Positions 29,926-40,222 of a stretch of DNA of 64,000 nucleotides are shown piece by piece. Each line of letters opens with the position of its first letter. Position 1 is the stretch's first letter. The notes under the pieces are model-generated. The model did not search any database. It saw only the letters and a program-made list of their open reading frames with translations, and was not told the origin of the DNA. The translations under genes were made by a program, and so were the position numbers. Origin of the DNA: Spirochaetota bacterium. GTDB taxonomy: Bacteria > Spirochaetota > Spirochaetia > ARS1246. The DNA is taken from NCBI GenBank assembly GCA_024275515.1, contig JAJRYZ010000255.1, positions 8,890-72,889 of the forward strand. The letters are read 5' to 3'.

Positions 29926-30232
29926 ATTCACGTTCCTACTACTTTGCACAGCGACGTGTGGGCTTCTTCGGAATGTCTCCGTGAAAACTACAGAGATCAC
30001 CCGCTTTTTTCAAGGCAACGTCGTCAATTGCGAGTAATTATCGATTTCGAAAACGAAATAGAGAACTTTTGATCGACAATTCAAAATCCGACGTGACGGA
30101 TTTTAACGCCCTCACTTCCGATAGATTGCTTGACAGCAGGACGAGCATTCCGCATGTTTTATGTGTGTGTCGCGCGGCAGGTACAAGATGTTCGCAACGA
30201 CTCACGTTCCGTATGAACGGTAGAGAGGAAAG

Positions 30233-31357
30233 ATGGATATCCCCGTGGGATTCTCGGAAAGCAAAAACATTCTGGTCGTGGACGATACCAAGGCGAACCT
30301 GGACATACTTGTCGAAGCGTTGGGCGACACATACAACGTAAGCGTCGCCTTGAACGGGAAAACGGCTCTCGAGAGTATTGACGACGTGCTGCCGGACCTG
30401 ATTCTGCTCGACATCATGATGCCCGGGATGGACGGTTTCGCGGTATGCCAAGCGTTGAAAAGCGATGTTCGCACCCAAGATATCCCCATCATCTTCCTTT
30501 CGGCCATGGACCAGATCGACGCGAAAACACGCGGGTTTAGGGCCGGCGCGGTCGACTACATTACTAAACCGTTTGAGATTCTGGAAATCAGGGCGAGAGT
30601 GAGAAACCATCTGCTTATCGGGGAAGCGAAGATGTATCTTACGCGTCAGAACGAAATACTCGAACGGAAGGTGAAAGAAAGGACGAACGAGCTTCAGGTG
30701 ACCCAGGACGTCACCATTCGGAGTCTCGCGTCCCTCGCCGAGACCAGAGATAACGAAACGGGACGCCACATACAAAGGACCCAGTATTATGTCCGGCTGC
30801 TTTCCGAACAGCTGATCAGCAAGCGTCAATATAGCGATCTGTTGACGCCGAGGGCGCTTGAGCTGTTGCCGAAGTCCGCACCGCTCCACGACGTGGGTAA
30901 GGTCGGAGTTCCCGACAGCATTCTTCTGAAACCCGGGAAACTCACCGACGAAGAGTTTGAGATTATGAAAACACACACAAAGCTCGGCAGGAACGCGTTT
31001 CTGCAGGCGGAAGCCGATCTCGGATCAAACTCCTTTCTCAAACACGCCAAGGAGTTCGCGTATACGCATCATGAAAAATGGGACGGAACCGGCTACCCGG
31101 AGGGCAGGTCCGGCTTGCAGATCCCGCTCGAAGGACGACTCATGGCCTTGGCCGACGTCTATGATGCGCTCGTCTCCAGGAGAGTCTACAAACCCCCCTT
31201 CACCCACTCCGAAGCGGTTTCTACCATACTAAACGACAGTGGTACGCATTTCGATCCCGTCGTCGTCGCCGCCTTCGAAATCGTGCAAGAGGATTTCCGG
31301 CGGTTCGCGTTGAAACACGCGGACTCCGAAGAGGAAAAAGAGACCCTCAAGGCATGA
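30233..31357 (+). CDS. RpfG-like response regulator, REC + HD-GYP c-di-GMP phosphodiesterase
   Basis: ILVVDD...LLDIMMP; [52 protein letters not shown]. Confidence 0.93.
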   Translation: MDIPVGFSESKNILVVDDTKANLDILVEALGDTYNVSVALNGKTALESIDDVLPDLILLDIMMPGMDGFAVCQALKSDVRTQDIPIIFLSAMDQIDAKTRGFRAGAVDYITKPFEILEIRARVRNHLLIGEAKMYLTRQNEILERKVKERTNELQVTQDVTIRSLASLAETRDNETGRHIQRTQYYVRLLSEQLISKRQYSDLLTPRALELLPKSAPLHDVGKVGVPDSILLKPGKLTDEEFEIMKTHTKLGRNAFLQAEADLGSNSFLKHAKEFAYTHHEKWDGTGYPEGRSGLQIPLEGRLMALADVYDALVSRRVYKPPFTHSEAVSTILNDSGTHFDPVVVAAFEIVQEDFRRFALKHADSEEEKETLKA

Positions 31358-34300
31358 CGTCCGGGTCGAGCTTTGCAAGGAGTTCTTGAAGAACTTTCGT
31401 TGCGCCGTCGAACCGGTAGCTGAGAATCAGCTTGTTAAGTTCGTCGGTCCTTTGAGCATACTCCTCCGGAACCGAATACCGCCCCATCTCCTCGAGAATC
31501 GGCGCGCACATTTTAGGCCGCCGCTTTTTCACTTCGGGCTCGAGACGTCTGAGGAACCGAAGAAAATCTTCGGGCGACAGCGCGTCTCGATCCTCTCCCC
31601 CGGACTGCCTGACTTCCGTTCTTTCGCGTATACCCGCGTCGTCGATAGCCGCGATCAGTCGTTTCAAGGCGTCTTCGTATTTCGCAAGCAAAATCGGGTC
31701 GCCGTCGCCACGCTGCAGCGCCGAATCCAGGGCCGTAACCGCCGTGTTAAGGTCCTTCGCTCCGAGATTCCCCGAGATGCCCTTAATCGTGTGCGTCAGC
31801 TTCTCCGCCGCGGAGGGGTCTCCGTGCCCGAGAAGCTTCCGAATCTCCTCGGCGGAACCCGCGAAGTCCTCGCGAAAGCTACCCAGCAGTTGTACGTAGA
31901 GTTGTCGATTGCCGTTTACCTTCTCGAGCCCTTCGGCCAAGTCGACGCCGCGGACCAAAGGGAGCACATCTTCATCGGCGTTCGGCGAAGCTCCGAATCC
32001 GTCGAATCCTTCGGGCAGGTCGCGCTCACCCGGCTTCAACCACCGGACAAGGACGTTCCACAACTCCTGAGAATCTATCGGCTTCGATACATAGTCGTTC
32101 ATCCCGGCTTCTTTTACTCGGCGGCGCACTCCGGTCATCGCGTCGGCGGTCATTGCTACTATCGGCAAGCTCGCGTACCGAGGATCATCGCGAATTATCC
32201 TTGTCGCCTCAAACCCATCCATGACCGGCATCTGCAGATCCATCAGCACGAGCTCGTACCGATTCTCCTCGCGAAGCCGTTCGATCGCCTCCTTGCCGTT
32301 GCTCGCCACCTCCACGAAAAACCCCTCTTGCTTCAGCGTTTCGGCGGCGACTTGTTGATTGATCTCGTTGTCTTCCACCAGGAGAAGCACGGCGCCCCTT
32401 ACGCTCTCGATTCCCTTCGGCGTCCTCTCCTCCCGCTCGATGGTCGTTTCAGAATCGGCGCGTCTTCCGAAGGCTTTGAGAATCGCAGCAAACAACTTCT
32501 TCGGGGAAACAGGTTTGATCAGACACGCATCTATACCGTGGCTCTGCTTTGCGGCCGCCCTTCCTCTGCTTCCCGTTGTAATGATGATCCTGGGAGCTTT
32601 CTCATTCTCAAGCTCCGATCGTATTCTCTTCGCTATTTCAAGGCCGTTCATATCGGCCATACTGTCGTCAATCAGCGCGAGGTCGTAATTCCTCTCCGCC
32701 GACGTTTCCGCATCGATGATTCTGCGATAGGCAAGCTCACCCGACGACGCGGAATCCACCTCGAAGGAGAGGGCCTCCAGATATGAGGTCAGCACGTCGA
32801 GCGAGGTCCTGTTGTCGTCCGCAACGAGCACTCTCAAGGCTCTCAGATCATCCGGAATCTTGACCGGTTCCTCGTCCGGGACGACGCCGAACGTTGCCGT
32901 GAAGTAGAAAGTGCTTCCCTTCCCGTATTCGCTCTCGACTCCGATCTCTCCCCGCATCATCTCGGCAAGCCGCTTGCAGATCGACAACCCCAAACCCGTG
33001 CCGCCGTACTTTCTCGTCGTCGACGAATCCGCCTGATTGAAGGAAAGAAAAAGCCTGTCCTGCTGCTCCGCGGTCAGTCCGATTCCGGTGTCCCGCACTT
33101 CGAAACGAACGACCACCTCTCCGTCGGTTCTCGATACCGGGCTCGCCGAAACTACGATCTCCCCCTTATCGGTGAACTTGACCGCGTTGTTTGCCAGATT
33201 GAGCAGGACTTGACCAAGCCTCAATGGATCGCCGACCAGGAGACAAGGCGCCGCGGCCGCTCGGCTGAATACCAACTCAACGCCCTTTTCCCGCGCATCG
33301 TCTTCGATCAGACTGAATAGGTTGTCCATCACATCATCAAGACTGAAAGTCGTCGATTCCAAAGCGAGCTTCCCCGCTTCGATTTTTGAAAAATCCAGAA
33401 TATCGTTGATGATCGTCAGCAGGTCTTTGGCCGACCGTTTTATCTTCTCTACATAATCTCGCTGTTTCGGGTCCAGATCGGTCTGCGCCAGAAGACTGTT
33501 CAATCCAATGATCGCGTTCATCGGTGTACGAATCTCATGGCTCATGTTCGCCAGAAAACGGCTCTTTGCCGTCGTCGCGGCCTCCGCCATGTTCTTCGCT
33601 TCCAGGAGTTGTCGCTCCATCTGCTTCTGTTCGGTAATGTCGATCAACGTACCGGTCATTTGCACCGCCCGGTCGTTTTCGTCGCGGAACGGCACATTAG
33701 CTCTCGCCACGATCCACCTGATCGTGCCGTCGGGCTGCAGGACCGGGTAGGTCGCGCGGAAAGAGTCGTATTTCCCCGACACGGTGCCGTAGTAGCGCTC
33801 GAGAGTCTCGTTGATGATCTGTTTGTATTCGGCGTTTCCGACTCCCGTTCGCTTCATCACGGTAAGCCAGTCGCTGATTCTGTAGGAATAATCATCGGAT
33901 TGACTCGGAGGGATACCCATGAGCTTGGCGGCAATATCCAGAGCGTGCAAGGTGTCTTCTTCGGAGAAATCGATCCACCAGGCGCCCACGGCCGCCGATT
34001 CCAGAGACCCGTGGACCAGCTGATTCATCAACGACAAAGCCTCTTCGGCCTTCTTGCGCGCCGTTATGTCCTCCTTCAAACCGACGAAGTGAGTTATTCT
34101 GCCGGTTTCATCCTTCAAAGGCGCGATTGCCACGGACTCCCAGTAGATCTCTCCCTGCTTGCTCTTGTTTGCGATCTCTCCGTGCCAGTGTTTTCCGGCG
34201 GCTATCGTCTCCCACAGCTCGGCGAAGAACTCCCTCGGCTGGATTCCCGCGTTCAGTATGCGGGGATTCTCGCCGATCGCCTCTTCCGCCGAGTAGCCGG

Positions 34301-36737
34301 TGACTTTCTCGAACTTCCGGTTGACATACTCGATGCGACCCTCCGGGTCCGTGATAACGATTGAGATGGGACTTTGTTCGACGGTCGCGGACAGTTTTCT
34401 GATTTCCTCGTCCGCTTTCTTCCGTCGCGTGATGTCGCGAACCGAGGCCATTATCAAATAGCCTTCCGGAGTTTCATGAGAACTGAAGCTGATTTCCGCC
34501 GGAAAAACATCGCCGTTTTTGCGTTTGACGTCGACCTCGAGACCGTCGCGCGATTTCCGTGAGCTCAGGAAACCCGGAAGATCATTCCGCATGAACTCAA
34601 GCCGCTCCCACAACTTTTCGGGAAAGAGAATCGCGGCTCGCTCGCCGATCAGCTCGTTACGCGTATACCCGAACATTCGCTCCGTCGCGCTGTTTATCAG
34701 TACAATGGTGTAGTTCTTCTCATCGACGATGACCATTCCATCGGGCGACGCCTCCAGGAGCGCTTGAAAGCGTTTTTCCAGGGCCTTTCGCTCGGTGACA
34801 TCCATGAAGGTGACCACCGCTCCCTCCAACCTTCCGTCTTTCCGAATCGGAGTGCTCGTGCAGGCGACCGAAAAAGGAGTTCGGTCCTTGCGCCAAAACG
34901 TCTCGTCCGCAACAAATCGCGTCCCGTTGCCCAAATGTGCGGCGCACAACGGGCAAGTTTCGTCGGGATAATCGGAACCGTCGGCGCGGGAGTGATGGAC
35001 CATTTCGTGGAAGTTCTTTCCGATGAGCTCATCTCTCGCGTACCCCAGCATCTTCTCCGTCGCGGGATTGACGAACGTCACCTCGCCGGTTGTGTTCATG
35101 CCGAGAATCCCCTCTCCCGCCGATTCCAACACAAGCCGTGATCGCGCCTCTTCTTCCTCCAGGCGCCTCTGTTTTTCTTCCAGTTCCGCGGTCCGCTCCG
35201 CCACCTCTTTTTCGAGATAGTCCTTTACTCCGCGAAGCGTGGTATTCGCGCGTTCCCCGAGGATGAGAACGAGAAAAGCGGCGCCGATAGTCAGGAGCAG
35301 GGCCGCTCCGAGAACAATCAGGACGGTAATCCGCAACGTGAAAACGGACGACAGCGCCTCCTCCACGTCGATTTCCGAAATAATCCCAATTCCAAGATTC
35401 GCCGCCCAGACGCCGGCGCCGAACACAGGGACGCCGCGATAGTCCCGGTACCCGTTCATGTTCGTCTCGACGGCCGGACGGGAGTCGACGATAGAACGCA
35501 ATACCGCTTCCGCCATTCGAGTCGGCGGTTGCTCGGTCCGCGACAGGAGCGGGCGCTTCCCTTTGACGAGATTCACTCCCGGATCCCGAACTTCAACATT
35601 CAGGGCCGAGACTTGCGTCTCTCCGAGCAGACCAATATCGCGGAGCTGTTCCACGAAACGACTCTCCGAAAGAAGCACTCCGTCGCGGCTCATGGCGTAG
35701 ACGTCGCCGGTGATACTGCTCGTCGAGCTCTGCAGCGCATCGGTAAACTCGTTCGACGGATCGACCCGCAACGCGACGAGAGCCTCGATAATTCCATCCG
35801 ACCGCCGGACCGGGCCAAGCAAGAACATCGTGGGATCGGCCCGTCCCTGTCCGGCCCTCGGTGCTTCAGTAAGCGAAACATCGGACGCTATCGGCGGAAC
35901 GAACACCGCCTCGCCACGAAACGCTCGGTCGATGAGATCCGGGCGCTGTCTCGCGATGAGATTCAGAGTGCCGAGATTCTTATCGCGACTCGAACCGATA
36001 CTGATGCTTTCCGTATTGATGATAAAAAACCCTATGTTCGGGTAGATATCCTGTCGTTCGCTAAAGAAAAGCCTCATTTCGGCGAGTACGGGGGACGCAT
36101 GCAGGCTCGGCAAAACCGGTTTCACCGTCATCAGACGCTCGACAAGAGCGGTGAACTCCGAGTCTCGCCCCAAATCTTCAAGATAGGATATCTTCTGGTC
36201 GATCCTCCGGGTCAGCCTTTCGCGGGCGTTCTGCAGGGCAATCTCGAGATTCGCTTCCGAAGCCGCGACGACTTCTCTCCTGTAGCGTTCGACGAGAAGG
36301 ATTCCCAGAACGGATAGAAGGATCGTAATGCTAAACAACCCGACGATGATGATCCAACGGAACTGTTTAGACCCGAAAGCAAAGGACAAGTTCTTTTTTT
36401 TTGCGGTCCGATAGAGCATCCAGAAACCCAACCACAAAAGCAACAAAAGCAGCAAGAGATATACGACGATTCTGTCCGCCGCGAGCCAGCGACCCGTCGG
36501 CGACGCCTCGAAGTGAGCGCCGGTTCCGGACGCTCCCGACAACGATTCCGGTTTCAACTCGCCCGCAGGCCGCGACGACATCGACGCCGTTGCCGGTTCT
36601 GCGTCGTCGGCGAGTCCGAGCGACCGGGCGCCGCCGTGCGGGGCCGCTGCTATTCGTTCGTTCGGCTCTGCCTGCAAACCTATCGACGAACCGATGATAA
36701 CGATACCACACAAGAAGATCGTTCGGCGTGCTTTCAT
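31347..36737 (-). CDS. Large hybrid sensor kinase (TM, Cache-like region, about 4 PAS, HisKA, HATPase, 2 REC, HPt), 1796 aa
   Basis: [51 protein letters not shown], two receivers, [12 protein letters not shown] HPt; repeated PAS/PAC ends (DVTERK, DITRRK, DITARK, DITEQK). Confidence 0.93.
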   Translation of the reverse strand: MKARRTIFLCGIVIIGSSIGLQAEPNERIAAAPHGGARSLGLADDAEPATASMSSRPAGELKPESLSGASGTGAHFEASPTGRWLAADRIVVYLLLLLLLLWLGFWMLYRTAKKKNLSFAFGSKQFRWIIIVGLFSITILLSVLGILLVERYRREVVAASEANLEIALQNARERLTRRIDQKISYLEDLGRDSEFTALVERLMTVKPVLPSLHASPVLAEMRLFFSERQDIYPNIGFFIINTESISIGSSRDKNLGTLNLIARQRPDLIDRAFRGEAVFVPPIASDVSLTEAPRAGQGRADPTMFLLGPVRRSDGIIEALVALRVDPSNEFTDALQSSTSSITGDVYAMSRDGVLLSESRFVEQLRDIGLLGETQVSALNVEVRDPGVNLVKGKRPLLSRTEQPPTRMAEAVLRSIVDSRPAVETNMNGYRDYRGVPVFGAGVWAANLGIGIISEIDVEEALSSVFTLRITVLIVLGAALLLTIGAAFLVLILGERANTTLRGVKDYLEKEVAERTAELEEKQRRLEEEEARSRLVLESAGEGILGMNTTGEVTFVNPATEKMLGYARDELIGKNFHEMVHHSRADGSDYPDETCPLCAAHLGNGTRFVADETFWRKDRTPFSVACTSTPIRKDGRLEGAVVTFMDVTERKALEKRFQALLEASPDGMVIVDEKNYTIVLINSATERMFGYTRNELIGERAAILFPEKLWERLEFMRNDLPGFLSSRKSRDGLEVDVKRKNGDVFPAEISFSSHETPEGYLIMASVRDITRRKKADEEIRKLSATVEQSPISIVITDPEGRIEYVNRKFEKVTGYSAEEAIGENPRILNAGIQPREFFAELWETIAAGKHWHGEIANKSKQGEIYWESVAIAPLKDETGRITHFVGLKEDITARKKAEEALSLMNQLVHGSLESAAVGAWWIDFSEEDTLHALDIAAKLMGIPPSQSDDYSYRISDWLTVMKRTGVGNAEYKQIINETLERYYGTVSGKYDSFRATYPVLQPDGTIRWIVARANVPFRDENDRAVQMTGTLIDITEQKQMERQLLEAKNMAEAATTAKSRFLANMSHEIRTPMNAIIGLNSLLAQTDLDPKQRDYVEKIKRSAKDLLTIINDILDFSKIEAGKLALESTTFSLDDVMDNLFSLIEDDAREKGVELVFSRAAAAPCLLVGDPLRLGQVLLNLANNAVKFTDKGEIVVSASPVSRTDGEVVVRFEVRDTGIGLTAEQQDRLFLSFNQADSSTTRKYGGTGLGLSICKRLAEMMRGEIGVESEYGKGSTFYFTATFGVVPDEEPVKIPDDLRALRVLVADDNRTSLDVLTSYLEALSFEVDSASSGELAYRRIIDAETSAERNYDLALIDDSMADMNGLEIAKRIRSELENEKAPRIIITTGSRGRAAAKQSHGIDACLIKPVSPKKLFAAILKAFGRRADSETTIEREERTPKGIESVRGAVLLLVEDNEINQQVAAETLKQEGFFVEVASNGKEAIERLREENRYELVLMDLQMPVMDGFEATRIIRDDPRYASLPIVAMTADAMTGVRRRVKEAGMNDYVSKPIDSQELWNVLVRWLKPGERDLPEGFDGFGASPNADEDVLPLVRGVDLAEGLEKVNGNRQLYVQLLGSFREDFAGSAEEIRKLLGHGDPSAAEKLTHTIKGISGNLGAKDLNTAVTALDSALQRGDGDPILLAKYEDALKRLIAAIDDAGIRERTEVRQSGGEDRDALSPEDFLRFLRRLEPEVKKRRPKMCAPILEEMGRYSVPEEYAQRTDELNKLILSYRFDGATKVLQELLAKLDPDVMP

Positions 36738-36938
36738 TCGCTCTCCCGATTTGTTATTCTTCCATATTACCCCGTCTTTGATAACAGTGCTCCGCGTGGA
36801 TGACGGGCATTGTTTTCACACCGGGGAAGGTGGTGCGGCGCCGACGGAGGGGCGAATGACTAGATTGCGAAACCTATTGCTCTTGGCCGGCTGCGAAGGA
36901 CCGTCATGCGGCGGATCACTTCCGGGGGACGTTCTCAC

Positions 36939-37361
36939 GTGATCGCGGAAAAGAGCTTCGGAGAGAGCGGCGATTACGCGGATGACGCTCGATCGTTTGA
37001 GAAGATTCCCGGTATGGATTTCCAGGACGGCCTTCGTCGGTTGCGGGGCAATCGCACGCTTTATTTCACGCTATTAGGCAAATTGGCCGTCGATGTGGAG
37101 AAACGTCTTGCAGCGATGCGTCGGAAGCTCGCCGAGCAGGATTTTGCCGATATCACGTATCACGCGCATACGATAAAAGGCGCCGCCGCAAATCTTGGCG
37201 CAACGGCCGTCAGCGAGTTCGCCCTGAAGCTGGAAACGGAATTGAAACAAGGGAACGGCGCCGATGTTGAAAACCTGTTGAGCAGCCTTGAGAAAAGCCA
37301 TGCGGCCATGGTTGAATGCCTACGCTCACTGGGAATAATAACGGATTCGCCGAGCCCGTGA
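36939..37361 (+). CDS. Stand-alone HPt (histidine phosphotransfer) protein
   Basis: G.DF.DGL.R..GN..LY..LL, AHTIKGAAANLGA. Start uncertain. Confidence 0.82.
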   Translation: MIAEKSFGESGDYADDARSFEKIPGMDFQDGLRRLRGNRTLYFTLLGKLAVDVEKRLAAMRRKLAEQDFADITYHAHTIKGAAANLGATAVSEFALKLETELKQGNGADVENLLSSLEKSHAAMVECLRSLGIITDSPSP

Positions 37362-37513
37362 CGCGTTTCGGTCGCGGTGCGTCGGCTCACCGATGAAACA
37401 TTCTCGTGGAGCGATTCGGCGGAACCGCTGCTTCCTTGTGCGCCGAAACACGTAGCGGTACAATGAGGCGAGGCTTGACATTGCTCTCGATAAGGAGTGA
37501 ATGAGGAGCGGGT

Positions 37514-37948
37514 ATGAAAGTAAAAGACGACATATTGTCGGCGATAAACGCCAAAAAACCCGACGGAATCAACGGGTTCGAGCGGTCATATCGCGTGCTC
37601 GTCGCCGACGATTCTACCAGCATGAGAAAAATCGTGGGGCAACATCTCAGAAGCGAGGCGTATGAAATATGCGGGGAAGCCGCAAACGGGAAGGAAGCGC
37701 TCGAGTTATACAAGGAACTCGGCCCCGACGCGGTGACCCTTGACATCAATATGCCCGTTATGGATGGTCTTGACGCCCTGAAGGCCATTCTCGAATACGA
37801 CAAGGATGCCCGTATTGTTATGTTGACCAGCGAGGCGCAGAAATCCACGGTCGTCGATGCCCTCAAGATGGGTGCTCGGGGGTATGTCGTAAAGCCTCCC
37901 AACAAGGCTGCGGTGTGTGAAAAGGTCAAAAAGGCGATTCAAGGATAG
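37514..37948 (+). CDS. CheY-like response regulator with short N-terminal extension
   Basis: RVLVADDS, GEAANGKEA, VTLDINMPVMDG, YVVKP; GGAG RBS. Confidence 0.88.
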   Translation: MKVKDDILSAINAKKPDGINGFERSYRVLVADDSTSMRKIVGQHLRSEAYEICGEAANGKEALELYKELGPDAVTLDINMPVMDGLDALKAILEYDKDARIVMLTSEAQKSTVVDALKMGARGYVVKPPNKAAVCEKVKKAIQG

Positions 37949-37954
37949 CGATCA

Positions 37955-38428
37955 ATGGATACACATCTGCGCGATGCCATAACCAAAGCAACCGTTGAAA
38001 CAATCGCCGCTCTCGGCGGTGAGACTCTCGTCCCGAAGGAACCGTTGGATGGCGCGGGAGCGAAATCATTCGTTGCCGACACCAGTGTCGTGATCAGCGT
38101 GGTGGGAAACATAAGTGGCGCGTTTGTACTCCGATGTTCCCAGAAATACGCCGCGGAGCTCGCCGGGAGCATGCTCGGCGTAGAAGTCGAACCTGGTTCC
38201 GAAGAGATGAAAGACGCGATCGGCGAGGTGCAGAATATGATTGTCGGCGCCGTAAAACGGCACCTGTCGTATTCCGCAGATCCGTATAAGATGTCGATAC
38301 CCACCACGATCGTCGGCTCCGACTACACGGTTCACGTCCACGCTTCGAAAGCGACAAGCGTCGGGTTGGTTCCATTCGCGACGAAAGATGAAATCATCGG
38401 AATGGAAGCATACGTGGAAAAACGATAG
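37955..38428 (+). CDS. cheX: CheX-family CheY-P phosphatase
   Basis: DAIGEVQNMIVG (ExxN), SIPTTIVG, follows a cheY-like gene. Confidence 0.85.
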   Translation: MDTHLRDAITKATVETIAALGGETLVPKEPLDGAGAKSFVADTSVVISVVGNISGAFVLRCSQKYAAELAGSMLGVEVEPGSEEMKDAIGEVQNMIVGAVKRHLSYSADPYKMSIPTTIVGSDYTVHVHASKATSVGLVPFATKDEIIGMEAYVEKR

Positions 38429-38476
38429 GTGCGCCGTGTGCACCGTTTGAAAAGCCGGGACCATCGGGCGGTCCGC

Positions 38477-39244
38477 CTATCGGGCGCCGAGCTCCGCGAT
38501 GAACGCTTCGTGTCTCCGTGGTGCGTCGCCGAACTCGGCGTCCACGTCTCTGAAACGAGAGAATAACTCCCCGACCTGGGATACGCTCAACCCGCGATCG
38601 ATCCAGCGATAGAGTGCCTCGTCTTCCTTCCGGATGTGCTCGGTGAGAAGCGTTGCGTAGGCTTCAAGATGAGTTACGACGGCATCGTCGTCGCCGTCGT
38701 CGAGTGCCGTCACGATCGCCGCCACGTGCGCCCGGGCCGCTTCGTGGTCACGATACATGACCTGGAAGATCTCGGCGGTGTCGTCGCAATACGTAAAGAG
38801 GATGTCCTCTTCCTTGGCGTGGTGATAACGATCCGCGTAGGAGCGAATAAAGTCGACCGCGTTTTCGACAAGGGATCTTCCCGATTCAGGTTTCGTTCTG
38901 AGCTCTGATACGAGATATGGAACGCTCGCCAGGAGTTTCTTGATATGTACGTGCTCATCGACGAGTTTTTTCACCGGAGGTGAGTATGGTTGCCGTTCCG
39001 GAGCCGCCTTCCTGTGAGAACGAGGGATCGTCACCTCCCGACCGGGGAACATGACGTTCGCGATCCCGGACAGGACCGCGTGCTCTTCATCCGGGGTAAG
39101 ATTGTGGATTTCGATGATGTCTCTCAAGATGCACGTGCCGACGTTGCAGGTGACACAGGCGATTCCGTGCGCGTCCAGCACATCTCCCACGGCCGGATAC
39201 TCGTCGATAATCTCTTTGATGTTTCTGTTTAGCTGGTCAATCAT
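38477..39244 (-). CDS. Hemerythrin-domain protein with N-terminal CxxC (DUF1858-like) domain
   Basis: IKEIIDEYP...GIACVTC N-domain; EH..I, YADRYHHAKEEDILF, DHE.AR, EHIRKEDEALY di-iron ligands. Confidence 0.85.
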   Translation of the reverse strand: MIDQLNRNIKEIIDEYPAVGDVLDAHGIACVTCNVGTCILRDIIEIHNLTPDEEHAVLSGIANVMFPGREVTIPRSHRKAAPERQPYSPPVKKLVDEHVHIKKLLASVPYLVSELRTKPESGRSLVENAVDFIRSYADRYHHAKEEDILFTYCDDTAEIFQVMYRDHEAARAHVAAIVTALDDGDDDAVVTHLEAYATLLTEHIRKEDEALYRWIDRGLSVSQVGELFSRFRDVDAEFGDAPRRHEAFIAELGAR

Positions 39245-39345
39245 GGGCTCCCCAATGCCGATCCTTCGGCCGCGAGCTGACTACACCGGAGCACCTTGCG
39301 CCTCGGGGTTGTTCCGACGAGCTGCCGACGGGCGAATCTCTTTCC

Positions 39346-39819
39346 CTATATTTCGACCCATTCGTCCTGCAGTATCTCTCCTTCCACGCTTACCACCTGC
39401 AGCTTGATCGGCACCTGACGTTCCGCCTTTGCCGCGGCTTCGACCGCCATCGCGAGGAGACCACGACAGCACGGCACCTGCATGATCATGACGGTGAGAG
39501 TGTTGATTTTGGCCTCATCGATCAGAGCCACTATTTTTTGTTGGTAAATGTCGTGACCTTCGTCGAGCTTCGGACAGGCGATCCCGAGGGCTTTGCCTTT
39601 CAGGTGTTCCGCGTGAAAGCTGCCCATCGCATAGGCCACGCAGTCGGCGCTCAGCAACACGTCCGCGCCCTGGTAGTACGGTGCGCTCGGGGATACCAGA
39701 TGCATCTGAACCGGCCATTGCCGGAGTTGGGAAGACGCGTCGGTCGTCGCCGTCGCGGCCTCCTCCTGTTCGTTGCTCCGATCGATCATCCTCGATCCCG
39801 GACATCCTGCAAACTCCAT
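39346..39819 (-). CDS. Cys-rich Fe-S-associated protein (domain usually fused to a ferredoxin near hcp)
   Basis: GCPGS, SQLRQWPVQMHLV, ADCVAY, IACPKLD, MQVPCCRG motifs; GGAGG RBS. Confidence 0.72.
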   Translation of the reverse strand: MEFAGCPGSRMIDRSNEQEEAATATTDASSQLRQWPVQMHLVSPSAPYYQGADVLLSADCVAYAMGSFHAEHLKGKALGIACPKLDEGHDIYQQKIVALIDEAKINTLTVMIMQVPCCRGLLAMAVEAAAKAERQVPIKLQVVSVEGEILQDEWVEI

Positions 39820-39884
39820 CTCAAACCTCCAATTGTGCGTCTGAAACCCGACGAAAACTTCACGCGGGCCACACGTTTAAACAT

Positions 39885-39915
39885 GCTAAACAGGATACTA
39901 CATATCCCGTTTAGC
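39885..39915. promoter_or_regulatory. 13-5-13 inverted repeat, candidate operator for the Fe-S/hemerythrin pair
   Basis: GCTAAACAGGATA-CTACA-TATCCCGTTTAGC (one mismatch), about 65 bp upstream of the 39819 start. Confidence 0.6.
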
Positions 39916-40222
39916 CAATAATAAGTACCCGCTTCTCTCGTGTCAATGCTTTTCTGCGCTTATCCCAGCTTCAGGTGCTTCACGGGAAATCTGATACCGG
40001 CCTGGGCAAGCCTGTGTGCCTGCGGACTGCCTCTCCGAAACGCAACCGAACCGGTGGCGATCCCCGCCAAGCCTGAAGTAATATAGTACAAGTCGGCAAT
40101 GCCGCGACGGTGGTGGACCCGGATGCGGATCGCGAGTTTCCCTGCATGAACGCTCGAATAGGCCGGTCCGGCGGACATCCCTTTCGGCCGATCCCGATCC
40201 GGTGTCCCGCGGAGGCAAAGAG

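Noticed and set aside
37475-37503. TTGACA upstream of the cheY-like gene as a sigma70 promoter
   Set aside because: No acceptable -10 hexamer at 16-18 bp spacing, and the site is very close to the RBS.
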